The notes beneath the pieces are model-generated. The model had not been told where the DNA came from. It searched no databases and was given only the letters and a program-made list of their open reading frames with translations. The position numbers and the translations under genes were made by a program. DNA of 63,604 bases, counting the filler, from Octopus bimaculoides (taxonomy: Eukaryota), in the NCBI RefSeq assembly GCF_001194135.2. It is 8 parts of 8 records of this genome, joined end to end, with 100 filler letters (N's around TTAATTAATTAA, not from the genome) between each part and the next. Parts side by side here need not be neighbours in the genome. Positions count along the whole stretch, not along the records: positions 15,202 to 26,031 come from NC_068995.1; positions 26,132 to 40,781 come from NC_068990.1; 6 more parts are not named here. The stretch is one strand, 5' to 3'. Position 1 is the first letter of the stretch. The number at the start of each line of letters is the position of its first letter. Shown one piece after another: positions 24,244 through 37,766 of the stretch.

Positions 24244-25523
24244 AGATGGTGGGCTGAAAAGTTCATAGGTTGACAATGAAGGAGTGATACTAGAACTGTG
24301 AAATCCTGCATGCATTAATTTCAACTCCTAATAACTACATTGTTTATTTCCAGGTAAACTGACAGCTAACTGTTCAAAGACCTCAAAAGTAACTAGTAGT
24401 AACTTCTTTTGAAAATGGACAAAATTTGACATTGTGCTGTTATCAAGTATCTGCAAAAAAGGCTTTAGCCCTCAAGGATATACCTGCTGACATGGTTACT
24501 ATATTAGGGGATGATGACCCAACTTTATCAACAGTGCAAAAATGGGAAGCTGAATTTAGGGGATGAATGGAGAGTCTTGAGGATGACCCAAGGTCTGGAC
24601 ATTCTGCAACTGCTAGCACCAAGGAAAGCATTGATTATGTGCACCACATGGTGATGGATGACAGATGATAGATTATATATCTAAGAGCCAAAGCTATTAG
24701 CATATCTCATGAGAGAGCTGAGAATATTCTGCTCAATGAACTTGACATGATGAAGGATTCTGCTCGGTCAGTGCCACATCTTACACATGAAAAACAAACA
24801 AACAAACACCAGACTGATCACCTCAAAGGAAAATCTGACATTGTTTGAGGAAGATCCAGCTGGTTTTGTAACCCAGGATGAGGGTTAGGTTCTTCACTCT
24901 CAGCCAAATACAAATAGAGACAACCTATGCAATGGAAACACCTCTCCTCACCAGTTCCAAAGAAGGCCAAGGACGTTTCATCTTCAGGGAAGGTGATAGC
25001 CTCAAATTTTGGGGATGTAAAAGTATTTTGTTTATTGACTCTCTTCAAAAAGGGTCACACCATTAATGGAGATTGCTATGCCAACTTGCTGAGGTAGTTA
25101 TGAAAGATTATCAAGGCCAAATGCCCAGGAAAACTGATGAAAGGGTTCTTGTTTCATCAGGACAATGCTGTAGTACACAAGTACTTGCTTTCAATGGCTA
25201 CTGTATATGACTGTGGCTTTGAGCTGGTTGATCACCCTTCCTTTCTCCTGATTTGGCCCCATCTGACTACTATCTGTTCCCCAACATGAAGAAACACTAG
25301 GCTGGAACCAGCATCACAATGATGATGATGATGTCATATCTGCTGGTGATGACACTTTTGAGCAACAGGATGAAAGCTTCTTCACCAATGGGATTCAAGT
25401 ATTGCAACACTGACAGAAGAAGTGTGTGGACTGCAAGGGGGGCTAGGTTGAAAAATAAACCTCATTTGTTCACATTTAATGAGAATATCTTAGTCAGCCT
25501 ATGAACTTTTCAGCCAACCCTCA
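24244..25523 (+). mobile_element. Full-length (1280 bp) DD34D mariner, inactive
   Basis: TA-flanked TIRs (GGTGGGCTGAAAAGTTCATAGGTTGAC and GTCAGCCTATGAACTTTTCAGCCAACC) enclosing a transposase pseudogene. Confidence 0.95.
24415..25458 (+). pseudogene. Mariner transposase pseudogene
   Basis: MDKI*HCAVIKYLQK...SLEDDPRSG, VTQDE, LFHQDNA and SPDLAPSDY (34 residues between D2 and D3 after correcting a 1-nt deletion), ending VEK*. Multiple stops and frameshifts. Confidence 0.92.
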
Positions 25524-25994
25524 TATAATGAAATTTATACATGTACACTGAAGCTCTGCATTGACAATTACACTAACAGTTTTTATTCTGCTTCCATTTT
25601 CCCTATATTTTTTGTGTTTTAGAACTGAATTCAAAGCACATATTTAATAGCTTCATACTTAATATCAATACAGCACTTTTAATTGAAAATAATTCACATT
25701 ATACATTTAATAAGTAATAAGATATATAGCTCATATACATATATAGACTCAAGAAAATATGCAAACACCATTTTAAACTAAAGAGATTTTAAAAACTTCT
25801 TAGGTACAATTTCATAGTATAAAGCAGAGAGATAATCTCCTGTATAGAATGCCAACATAACACAAGTAAGATTCTTAGTAAATCTGATAATTATTCCAGA
25901 AACGTAAGTGAATTGAGGTAATGTAGAATAAATGCTAGGAGTAAATTGGAGCTTATGGCCAAAATCCAAGACATGCTAACACATATATGTATCT

Positions 25995-26031
<37 letters not shown>

Positions 26032-26280
26032 NNNNNNNNNNNNNNNNNNNNNNNNNNNNNNNNNNNNNNNNNNNNTTAATTAATTAANNNNNNNNNNNNN
26101 NNNNNNNNNNNNNNNNNNNNNNNNNNNNNNNAATACAGTCAGTGCTTGCCGATCATAAAAATGTTATTCCCTGTGACATATTTCATCCGGTTTAATCGTA
26201 ATTTATACGCATATATTGTTTATATAATAAATTACGCTGTGCGTACCTGTGTGTGTATATTTTTCCCATAACCTCACTCA

Positions 26281-26365
26281 TAACCCTAACCCTAACCCTA
26301 ACCCCAACCCTAACCCTAACTCTAAGACCCGAACCCTAACTCTAAGACCCGAAACCTAACCCTAA
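26281..26365. repeat. Short interstitial telomere-type (CCCTAA)n tract with variant 20-nt units
   Basis: About six TAACCC units, then TAACTCTAAGACCCGAACCC twice (second copy imperfect). Confidence 0.85.
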
Positions 26366-26930
26366 ACTAGAGTTTGATTTGAAGAAGATTTGGCTGCTAT
26401 TTCTAGGAAATGAAGCACTTGGTGGAGGTGCATTAATAATTCTGGTAGCTCCAATAACAAGTGCAGGCAATATTCAAGTATTTTGATGGCTTTTTCCCCT
26501 TTGTTTACAAACAGTCTAGTTAATCGGAAATGTCAGAACTAACGGGGATTAATACCATATACACCGTCACAGCAGTTACTGTATTCAACTGAATAGACGT
26601 CAGTGATTAGTTGAAATTATCGAAATAAGACAATTTTTAACGTGAAATAACTTCGAATACAAAATTTATTATCTGTTCTATACCACAAAATATACAAGTA
26701 TACGAAGTTTGAAAGTGTTTCGGTACCAAAAACACTACATAAAAAAATGTTGCCCGTCAAATCACAAGGGTCCCATCGGTACCCCATCATGGCCGCAGCC
26801 TAATGACTGAAACAAGTAAAGGGTAAATGAAAAGATATACATAAATAAATATACAAACCGTGAGCGCGCACTCAGACACACACACACGAATATACATACG
26901 CACAATTCATATATAATCATATGTACATAC

Positions 26931-27008
<78 letters not shown>

Positions 27009-27536
27009 ATTAAATACAAATGCAATCTAAATACATTGACACATACATACACTCACACACATGCACACGCAAATATATACATTAAGCCGCACACAGAAAC
27101 CATACAAATAACTGATGCACAGACACACTGACACTTAAATATACACTCATACAGATACACGCAAATACATATATACATACACACCTCTCCTCCTCCACCA
27201 GCAACAACAACAACAACAGCAACACCATCAACTCGGGTCTATGTTGTGACTGGAGGAAAAGATTGACAGACAATTCCATTTATCTTTCTACAAAATCAAT
27301 TTAGGTCAAGATCGTTTATCAACGAAAACTTGAATTATATATATGAGCATGAATGTGTGTGCGCGCACACACAGACACACATACACACAACACACACACA
27401 TACACATACACACACATATATACACATTTATATATACACACATGCACATAAACCTAATGATCTATAAATACCTAACTATTAAAGTGGGAAAATTATCAGA
27501 AAATCTATTTCTATTCATCTGTTCATATATATATAT

Positions 27537-27737
27537 CTTTTTTACTTGTTCCAGTCAGGACTGCAGCCACGCTGGGGCACCGCATCGAAGAATCTTTAGC
27601 CGAATGAATCGACTCAAGTACTTAATTTTTTATTTTTCCTAGACCTGGAACTTATTTTATCGGTGTATTTTGCTGAACCGGGGACGTAAACACATCAAGA
27701 CCGACTCTAAAGCAGTGGTAGGGGACAAACACAAACA

Positions 27738-27778
<41 letters not shown>

Positions 27779-27785
27779 CCATACA

Positions 27786-27824
<39 letters not shown>

Positions 27825-27976
27825 CAGGCTTCTTTCAGTTTCCGTCTACCAAATTCACTCACAAGGCTTTGGTCAGCCCGAGGCTATAGTAGAAGACACT
27901 TACCCAAGGTGCCACACAGTTGGACTGAACCCAGAACCATATGGTTAGGAAACAAGCTTCTTACCACACAGTCATG
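27537..27976 (-). mobile_element. SINE family A, full-length copy
   Basis: Reverse complement of the family consensus, including internal (CA)/(TG) tracts. Confidence 0.85.
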
Positions 27977-28007
27977 ATTAAATATATATGTTTAAATATA
28001 TAAGTAT

Positions 28008-28118
<111 letters not shown>

Positions 28119-28129
28119 TGTACAGTGTA

Positions 28130-28235
28130 TGCGTATGGCAAAGTGGTTAGGATGTTCGACTAACGATCATAAATGTCATGAGTTCAGTTCTTTGACCGTG
28201 TACATCCTTTCACGAGGATCCAGTCAAATGGGACG
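28130..28235 (+). mobile_element. tRNA-derived SINE head (third type)
   Basis: TGGCAAAGTGGTTAG A-box-like and GAGTTCAGTT B-box-like motifs, without a full cloverleaf. A similar head (GGCGCGTGGCTAAGTGGTCGG) runs into the gap at ~53454-53474. Confidence 0.5.
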
Positions 28236-28469
28236 AAGAGTGAAAGAGTCGAGGTGTCTATATCTCCTTGTGACTTCATAGGCGCCTAAAATAATTAGTG
28301 AATGCATGGTACATGATACGAAGACTTACTCGTTCATTGATAATGACTGGCTCTTTTCATATGAATGTATGTAGATATATATGTATGCATACATTCATAT
28401 ATGTATTAGTGAATGTGTGTACACATATACATGTAGATATACGGATGTGTTTATTAGTTTATTATTACG

Positions 28470-28600
28470 GAAGGCGGTGAGCTGGCAGAATCGTTAGCAA
28501 GCCGGATAAAATACATAGCGGCATTTCGTCCGTCTTTATGTTCTGAGTTCAAATGCCACCAAGGTCGACTTTGCCTTTCATCCTTTCGGGGTCGATAAAA
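28470..28600 (+). mobile_element. SINE family B copy (5' part)
   Basis: aaggcggtgagctggcagaatcgttagc...gtcgactttgcctttcatcctttcggggtcgataaa. Confidence 0.85.
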
Positions 28601-30882
28601 TAAGGATTACTATAGACATGTTGTATAGTCGCTTTAAAGCTCGAGAAAATAACAGATTTGTTAGTGTTGGACAATAAATACCTCGTGATAATCGATAATA
28701 ATAACTTTGAGTTCTAATTCTTCCTAGGTCGATTTTGTCTTTTATCTTTCCGAGGTCGGTAAAAATAATGTACCAGCCTCTAGAAGTCAACTGGCTGATA
28801 TAATCGACTCAGCCACAGAAGGCGAGGCCCCAGTATGGCCATATGAAACCAGTAAAAAGATATAAATTTAACCTGCGCAACTACTGAAGCAGAAATACGT
28901 GTCCTCTTGTCTTCCCACGAAAGAAACATACCGTTTTCACTCTTGTGTGTACACATATATATAAATATAAATCTCAATTTCGAAGAATTCTTGATTCTTA
29001 AGATTATCACCCCTCTCATTCAGAGTCCGTCGCACATGCTTCCGGACGTTTGATTGCCATCTCTCGAACCGAAGATAACTTCAATAAATCAAGAATTTAG
29101 CTTGTGCTGTATTTAATATACCATTATTTATATTTGCTATCTAAATTCATGTCCGTTAGCTCATTGATTCATTTCTCTATATTCCATTTCGTTTTCATAC
29201 AGACGTACCAACAGGCATATACATAGGTGCAAGTGTGGCTATGTGGTTAGAAGCTTCCTTCCCAACTACATTATTCCGGGTTCAGTCTCACTCGGGCCGA
29301 CCAAAGACTTTTGAGTGTTTCTGTAGACAAAAACTGAAAGAAACCCGCCATGTGTGTGTGCGTGTGTGATTACGCACCTATATATGTATAAGGGGTAAGT
29401 GAGAACCACACGCAAAATATCATTTTGACTTTGCAAACAAAGCCAAATAAAAAGGCATTCCATATAGGTAAGTGTTCCAAGCGTCCATCATGCATTTTGT
29501 GTAATTCAATTCCTAGCATTAGAAGCGTGTCATTAATTTCAGATGAAACACACGTCTAGCACTGCTTCTCATTATTGCAATGCAACTTCCCGGAACAGTG
29601 AGTTCTCAAAGAAAATAAGCTATCAATCTGTATCTAATCTTCCAGAGCGCATAAATAAGAAACGGAATATCATGTGACACAATACTGCTTACAATGTAAA
29701 TGTGATAATAAACATCGCTAAATTGTTCTTTAATTTAATCTTCTTTCGCTTTCCAGTGAACCATAAATGCCACCAAATCATTAATAGAAATCTGATTAAG
29801 GTTACCTGCACTGCATATTAAAACTTTGAAAGTTCCATTAGAAATTACAATGCTTAATGGCTTTCTAATGCAATTTATTCGTATTATGCGATCTACTATA
29901 TCAATCGTAATAATAATTGCGCTTTTGATGATAAAAGTTTGAAGTAATTAGTGCTCAAAGCTAAAGTACACCTGGACAACAATTCTGAGCAGAAACCATT
30001 TCTGTAATTAACCAAAGACGCTTAACCAAAGACGCTTTCAAGGTTCGCCTTCATTAGCACAGACATCCTTTTAGTAACCCGCAAATGCACAACAAATTTA
30101 TCAAAGTATACTTAGTTTCCCAGAGAGACTAACTCACAGATGACTATTGCTAGAATTTGTATCTTTGTACGAAGTAGTTTTTAAAAAAGCTTTTTAGTCA
30201 AAATGGGATTATCTGAATCTAAGAAGCTGCTTATTTTGTCTTCTGAAGATTAGAAATTTTGTCAACTTGAATAAACGCTCCAAAGTCTTCATTATATATT
30301 ATCAGCTCTGCACCTATAAGCATTTACAAATTGTCGAAAACTGTTATATCCAGCAGCCATCTTTTTTAATGCTTACTGTCTCCATTTTAATGCTTACTGT
30401 CTTCCTCATCTTTATTATTTAAGAACTTTTTTTGCTCATTATTATCTCCTTGCATGCTCCATGTAATTTTTATGATTTTCTTACACCATTGGCTATTTAT
30501 TCCATACACACAATATACCTATTTATTATTACACGTTTATTTTCATTTTCTTTTTATATGTACATTTTGTTATCCGACTCCACATATTTCTTAACTTTTC
30601 TTCCCTGCATTTGTTCACATGATAGTTGCTTTATTTTAATGAAGTAATTTAACTGTTCTTCGGCATCTATTCAGGATTTTCACTGAAGAGAAAACTACAT
30701 AAGGCAGGAGGACTTGTGTAGCTGACTGATTAAGCTATGGATTCTAAAAGCAATGTGTGTGTGTATGTGTGTGTGAGAGAGAGAGAGTAATATACATTTG
30801 TAAAACTTACCATAACGGAACAGGGTAGTGTGTGTGGGTGTGTGTGTGTGTGTATGTGTGTGTGTGTGTGTGTGTGTGTATA

Positions 30883-31765
30883 CAGGGTGCGATGAGTATA
30901 TTGTCGTCTAAATTACGCAAAAATGAAAATAACACTGACATCTCATTTTAACAGATATATCTAATAAAATTACATAAAAATATCTTGAAATACAAATGAG
31001 TAAATTTATTCAATAAAATCGCCATTGGCTTCAACCATGGCCTCCAGACGACTTCGGAATCTCCTGCAACTCTTCTGGACGGTCTCATTGTTTAAGTTGG
31101 TGAATGCTGCCATAATCCTTGCCTTCAGTTCATCCTTGGTATTACAAGGAGTTCTGTTGGGCTCTCGCTCAACTACGCCCCACACATAATAATCAAGGGG
31201 GTCGTAGTCTGGGGAGTTAGGTAGCCAGATTTTAGGGGCGATGTGGTTGCAGAAATTGCTTGACAACCATGACTGAGTTCTCTTGCTTGTGTAGCAAAGT
31301 ACAACGCCCTGTTGCCAGACATAGGGTCCTCCAGCAGCCACCTTCTTGACTCAGGGTAGCACTACCTCCTCCAGGCACTTGATGTAGGCCTCTGTGTTGA
31401 GTCTAAGGCCGCGTGGGAAGATGAATGGAGGCATAAGGTCACCATCACTAGTTATCACTCCAAACATCGTGATGTTGAACGGATGTTTGATTTTTATCAC
31501 TTTCGGTACATGTTCTCTGATTGCACTGTCTTCAGATTGACACCGAAACAGACTGGAATGTTCGTATTGGAGCTTCCGGCGTGAATGCCAAGCAGTAGAG
31601 CATGTCGTTTCCAAATTTCAGGTACAGTGAATTGCGTCATGGTGCTGTTTTTCTCAGAGCGCAACTGATCCTACGCTACTGTGTAATCGAGAAAATCAAA
31701 AACAAACAACGCTCATGCGCGAAATCAAAAATATTAAATGGCAACAATTTACCCGCCGCACCCTG
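30883..31765 (-). mobile_element. Internally deleted DD37D (maT/mori) element, 883 bp
   Basis: TA-flanked CAGGGTGCG TIRs. Encodes WLPNSPDYDPLDYYVW with 37 residues between the D2 position and D3; same family as 13582-14463. Confidence 0.92.
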
Positions 31766-31779
31766 TATGTATGTATCTT

Positions 31780-32010
31780 TTCTTTCATCTTTTACTTGTT
31801 TCACTCATTTGGTTGCGGCCATGCTGGAGCAACGCCTTTAGTCGAGCAAATAGACCCCAGAGCTCATTCTGTGTAAGCTTAGTACTTATTCTATCGGTCT
31901 CTTTTGCCGAACGGCTAAGTTACGGAGACGTAAACACACCAGCATTGGTTGTCAAGCGATAGTGGGGGGGGACAAACACAGACACACAAACATACACACA
32001 CACACACATA
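31780..32010 (-). mobile_element. SINE family A 3' half, running into gap
   Basis: ttttacttgtttcactcatttggttgcggccatgctggagc...atcggtctcttttgccgaac. Confidence 0.85.
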
Positions 32011-35000
32011 NNNNNNNNNNNNNNNNNNNNNNNNNNNNNNNNNNNNNNNNNNNNNNNNNNNNNNNNNNNNNNNNNNNNNNNNNNNNNNNNNNNNNNNNNN
32101 NNNNNNNNNNNNNNNNNNNNNNNNNNNNNNNNNNNNNNNNNNNNNNNNNNNNNNNNNNNNNNNNNNNNNNNNNNNNNNNNNNNNNNNNNNNNNNNNNNNN
32201 NNNNNNNNNNNNNNNNNNNNNNNNNNNNNNNNNNNNNNNNNNNNNNNNNNNNNNNNNNNNNNNNNNNNNNNNNNNNNNNNNNNNNNNNNNNNNNNNNNNN
32301 NNNNNNNNNNNNNNNNNNNNNNNNNNNNNNNNNNNNNNNNNNNNNNNNNNNNNNNNNNNNNNNNNNNNNNNNNNNNNNNNNNNNNNNNNNNNNNNNNNNN
32401 NNNNNNNNNNNNNNNNNNNNNNNNNNNNNNNNNNNNNNNNNNNNNNNNNNNNNNNNNNNNNNNNNNNNNNNNNNNNNNNNNNNNNNNNNNNNNNNNNNNN
32501 NNNNNNNNNNNNNNNNNNNNNNNNNNNNNNNNNNNNNNNNNNNNNNNNNNNNNNNNNNNNNNNNNNNNNNNNNNNNNNNNNNNNNNNNNNNNNNNNNNNN
32601 NNNNNNNNNNNNNNNNNNNNNNNNNNNNNNNNNNNNNNNNNNNNNNNNNNNNNNNTATATATATATATATATATATATATGGGGGCAGCTGATGAAGGAA
32701 AATGTTCTCTATGTGGCCTGTGTGTTTTCTGTACTCTGGTTATTATTATTTTTTTTGTCTACGTTTTGTTTGCAATGTCCTGTACCCAGATATGCACCTA
32801 TATATGCAGGTAGATGTAGGTATGCACATACTTGTACGTATATATGCATATACTCATTTATTATTTGTTTTATATATATATATATATACTTACATATATA
32901 TATACATACTAGCTTAAAACCGCTCGATAGGGCGGCTTTTAAGCTAGCTCCTGTGAAGGGCTCCTCACTAGGCTTTGGGCCCAACAATGGCACTTCATGT
33001 ATTGAGTACATATTGAATTTTATTAAACTTGAACAATATTTTTCAAGCATGAACAATTTTCATCAAAATAATATAATTTATCGACTTGGAACTTATTGAA
33101 AAGCTGCGTGAAAACAACAGTACCACCACCAACGCCACGATATCTGTCATATTCACCATTCAGACTTCTGACACCACCACTATCAATACTTTTGACTTCG
33201 CCGCCTTCCCTTCCACCACCTTCACCTCTGTCTTTCACATCGCTTACTCTTACGTCATCCCTGACCGTCTCGGCTACAACCACCACCAGCACCACCATCA
33301 TCACCGCTGCCTCGGTGTCTACAGCTCATACTATTACCACCACCCCATTATCATCAGTGTTCAGTATGTAAGTTTAGCATGTTGGTTCAGTGTTCAGTCC
33401 GTCTTTCTCTCACATAACCATTCTTTCTCTCTTTCTCTCTTATCATTACTCCCACTGCCATCATCAACACTACTACTATTAATAAAACATCACCCTTAAA
33501 TTTCTTTGCATCTCTTTCTCTTCCTCTCTTTTTCTTTCTCTTTCTCTCTGTCTGTCTTCGCCACAGCCCTCACCATCTCTATGCCTACTATTACCCTCAC
33601 TTCAACAAGAGCATACATACATACATACATGCATACATGCATACAAAGAAAGAAAGAAAGAAAGAAAGAACAGTGCACTACGCTTTCAGAAAACGCTTCA
33701 GTGTGCGTTCTATATAAACATGTAATTTTCCGTTGACTGTTTAAACACGTTACTTCACCTCCTATATAAACACGTTAAACACTACAACAATATAGGTTCC
33801 TATATAAACACTTTCAGCCGCGCTCTACGTTTAAACACACCGTTTTGGGGCGGGTGTATACATATTTACACACTCACGCAGACACACAAAAACCTCTATA
33901 TAGTTATAACCATATATTGACTTTTATACACACTCACACACATACCACAAACATTCATATATACAAAGACATGCGGACACGCGCACGCCCAAACACAGAT
34001 ACACATGCACGCAGACACACGCACATATATACACGCACGTTAAAAAGGATAATACCTTATCGGAAGTTTGAAACTGTATATGTATATAGTGGAACACACC
34101 CACAAACGCCGCATATCACTCACACGCACGCACGCACGCACACACGCACACACGCACATATACATGCTCGCATATATGAGTGTATATATATCTATATCTA
34201 TACATATGCAACAGTGGCTGTGTTATAAGAAGTTTGCTTCCCAATCACATGCTTCTTGGTTCAGTCCTACTGCGAGGCACCTGCAAGATACTTGCGAGAC
34301 CCCTGCAAGGGCACCTACTAAATCCTGAGGTCGACCAAAGTTTTATGGTGTGTGTGTGTATGTATGTGTGTGTGTGTGTGTGTGTACACCTATATCCATT
34401 TATATGAATATATAAATATATGTATGTATATATGTATGTATATATGTATGCGTATATGTGTTTATGTGTATGTATGTGTATATGTACGTATGTATGTATG
34501 TATGTATGTATGTACTGTAGTAATTAACATTGTATAAACGCAGCGGTTTTTTGCAATGGGTTAATTTGAAATATAAGGTCAATCTTTATAACAAATATAG
34601 TTTTAGCCTCCTGCTACAATAAAAAATTACTATTTTCATCCCCCCATGAGGCAGGAAAGGGAATCGATCTGGCAAGTGTCTAGACTTGTTCGGCCTTCAG
34701 CAGCGAAAGAATACCAATTTTTCTGTCCACAGAGAGTTTATCAGCTATTTATTATTTATATTGTATACATACTAAAACGTGCCTAATCTGGTCTGTGTAA
34801 TTATGCGTAACAACGCTTGCAGTGACAAGCATTATTATGTAAACAGAGAACGGTATTAATGAACTAACAAGCTCTTTGTGGACACAAGATAGGTATTTTT
34901 ACTCTGATAAAAGTCTAAGGTTAGAAACTATCAAGTTTGACCCTTTTTCTGTCTACAGAGAGATAAAGTTTGCGTCGCAACCAGTTTCTTTGAGCGAGAG

Positions 35001-35031
35001 TAAATTTTGTATTTATCAGAAAGCTATACCT

Positions 35032-35096
<65 letters not shown>

Positions 35097-35181
35097 NNNN
35101 NNNNNNNNNNNNNNNNNNNNNNNNNNNNNNNNNNNNNNNNNNNNNNNNNNNNNNNNNNNNNNNNNNNNNNNNNNNNNNNNN

Positions 35182-35218
<37 letters not shown>

Positions 35219-35329
35219 GTATGTGTATGTATGTATGTATGTATGAGTGTATCTCTATGTGTGCATAAATGCTTGCATGTATGTCTGTATTGTGTATACG
35301 TGTGTGTGTGAGAGAGCATGTGTATTATG

Positions 35330-35363
<34 letters not shown>

Positions 35364-35946
35364 TAAATTCTGTATTTCACTTCCAAATAATTAGCAATTA
35401 ATAACCAAGTCAACGTATGAAAGTCAAAATTAACAGTATTCATCACAACCATCACTACCACCAATACCACCACTACGATTACCCCCACCGTCATCATCAT
35501 AAACATCATCATCACCACCACAAACATCATCACCGCCATTACCACCAACATCATCATTTTCAACATAATCGTCATCATCATCTTTCACTATCACCACCAC
35601 CATCCTCATTCCTCGTCATTTCCTGGAAGCCGGGCGAGACAAAGCTTTACCCAGGTTTAGTGTGGGCCCAGTGTCCGGTTACAGAAGGAACGCCCAGGAC
35701 GTTATGCTAGTGACTGATTCGTTGTCTTGAGACATATGTTCCACAGATGTCTTAGACTATAGAGATGACAGTAATTGCAACATCTAACTCATTACACCTA
35801 CTCACACTTGCACTCACACACCCATATACACATATACATGCGCGCGCACACACACACACACACACATACGCACATACATGCATGCGTACATACATACATA
35901 CATACGCACATACATACACACACACGCACACGCACACATACATACA

Positions 35947-35979
<33 letters not shown>

Positions 35980-37766
35980 GCATGCATGCATGCGTGGCTT
36001 TCCTCCCTGTTTTCCAATGGCACCTGTTACATGTTCCGTCTCCCAGCTCCACGCCATAACTTGGTACCTCCAAACAAATTTCCCACCGCCATCAAGACTT
36101 TAAAACAAAGAACCTATCCGATCGCCATCATCGCCGCCACCATTTTATCTCCGACCGGTACCAATGCCACCACCAAAATCAACTGACATCGACACAACCA
36201 CTATCACCACCACAATTACCTCAGGCCACCAACACCCACTGCTACTACTACAACTACCATTACCACAATTACCTCAGCTCACCACCGCCACCACAACAAC
36301 AATCGTCACATGCCACCACCACCACAACTACCACTACAACCACCACTAGCTAAATCTCACTGCTAAAACACTCTTATAATCTCACTCCATCATTTTTAAA
36401 TAGAGATACGTTTAACTATATAGTCAGTTGTAAACAAAATAGACGGGATGATCACAGCTGGAACTTCTTAGTATATATTTCTGTTCGATCAAGGCTGGCC
36501 TGGGGCTACACAACATGATCATCGACATCGCCATCTGTACCATCAACACCATCCTCACTCTCTTCGGCAATATTAACGCTACCAACAACAATACAATCAT
36601 GACCACCAACAACACCAACAACACCAACACATACAACAGTAACAAGAACCAACAAAGGAGTCTCTATGTGGTCATTATGCCCGCTAGAAATAGAAGTCAA
36701 GTGGCTTTAAAATTGCATAAGACGTTTCCATGTGCATCGTGCCAAAGAAAGTCAGGATGTTCATGGCTGAAGAGCCTAAGGTCATAGACCTCGATAAGAG
36801 CAGACTCAGGATAAAACAACAACTAGGCACTCAGGGACAAGCAGAAAAGTCTTTAAGTGGTCGCACGTCCAACAAGAAATCGCAGCCAAAATGTCCTTCC
36901 AATCACATCCTACTCTCTTTAAACAAAGATTACTTTGAATAATGTACGGGTAGTTATGTATATATACACACATATATATACATATATATATATATATAAA
37001 TANNNNNNNNNNNNNNNNNNNNNNNNNNNNNNNNNNNNNNNNNNNNNNNNNNNNNNNNNNNNNNNNNNNNNNNNNNNNNNNNNNNNNNNNNNNNNNNNNN
37101 NNNNNNNNNNNNNNNNNNNNNNNNNNNNNNNNNNNNNNNNNNNNNNNNNNNNNNNNNNNNNNNNNNNNNNNNNNNNNNNNNNNNNNNNNNNNNNNNNNNN
37201 NNNNNNNNNNNNNNNNNNNNNNNNNNNNNNNNNNNNNNNNNNNNNNNNNNNNNNNNNNNNNNNNNNNNNNNNNNNNNNNNNNNNNNNNNNNNNNNNNNNN
37301 NNNNNNNNNNNNNNNNNNNNNNNNNNNNNNNNNNNNNNNNNNNNNNNNNNNNNNNNNNNNNNNNNNNNNNNNNNNNNNNNNNNNNNNNNNNNNNNNNNNN
37401 NNNNNNNNNNNNNNNNNNNNNNNNNNNNNNNNNNNNNNNNNNNNNNNTGGATACAGATTATTATGGGAAAGAATACATCATCATGATGAGGATCATCATC
37501 ATCATCAATGAAGAAGCAATAACAACAACAATAATTAATACCTATTATTCCTCTGAATAAGTTTTTCATTGTATGGTGTTATAAACTAAAGTGAGAAAAC
37601 AACTGGATCGAAGCTCTGATTGCGAACAAATAAAACTACCAGTCATGTTATTAGGTCCTTCAATCGATTAACTCCACCATCTCTATGAATGAGTGTCAAT
37701 ATGAGAAATCAATACAATTCTCATTATCATTAGTGAAAATAATACTAAAAATGGTTTCTAATTTTT

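Noticed and set aside
30364-30402. 18-nt local duplication ttttaatgcttactgtct
   Set aside because: Simple slippage-type duplication with no further structure.
36765-36790. CTGAAGAG-CCTAAGG hammerhead-like start
   Set aside because: The required GAAA box after helix II is absent.
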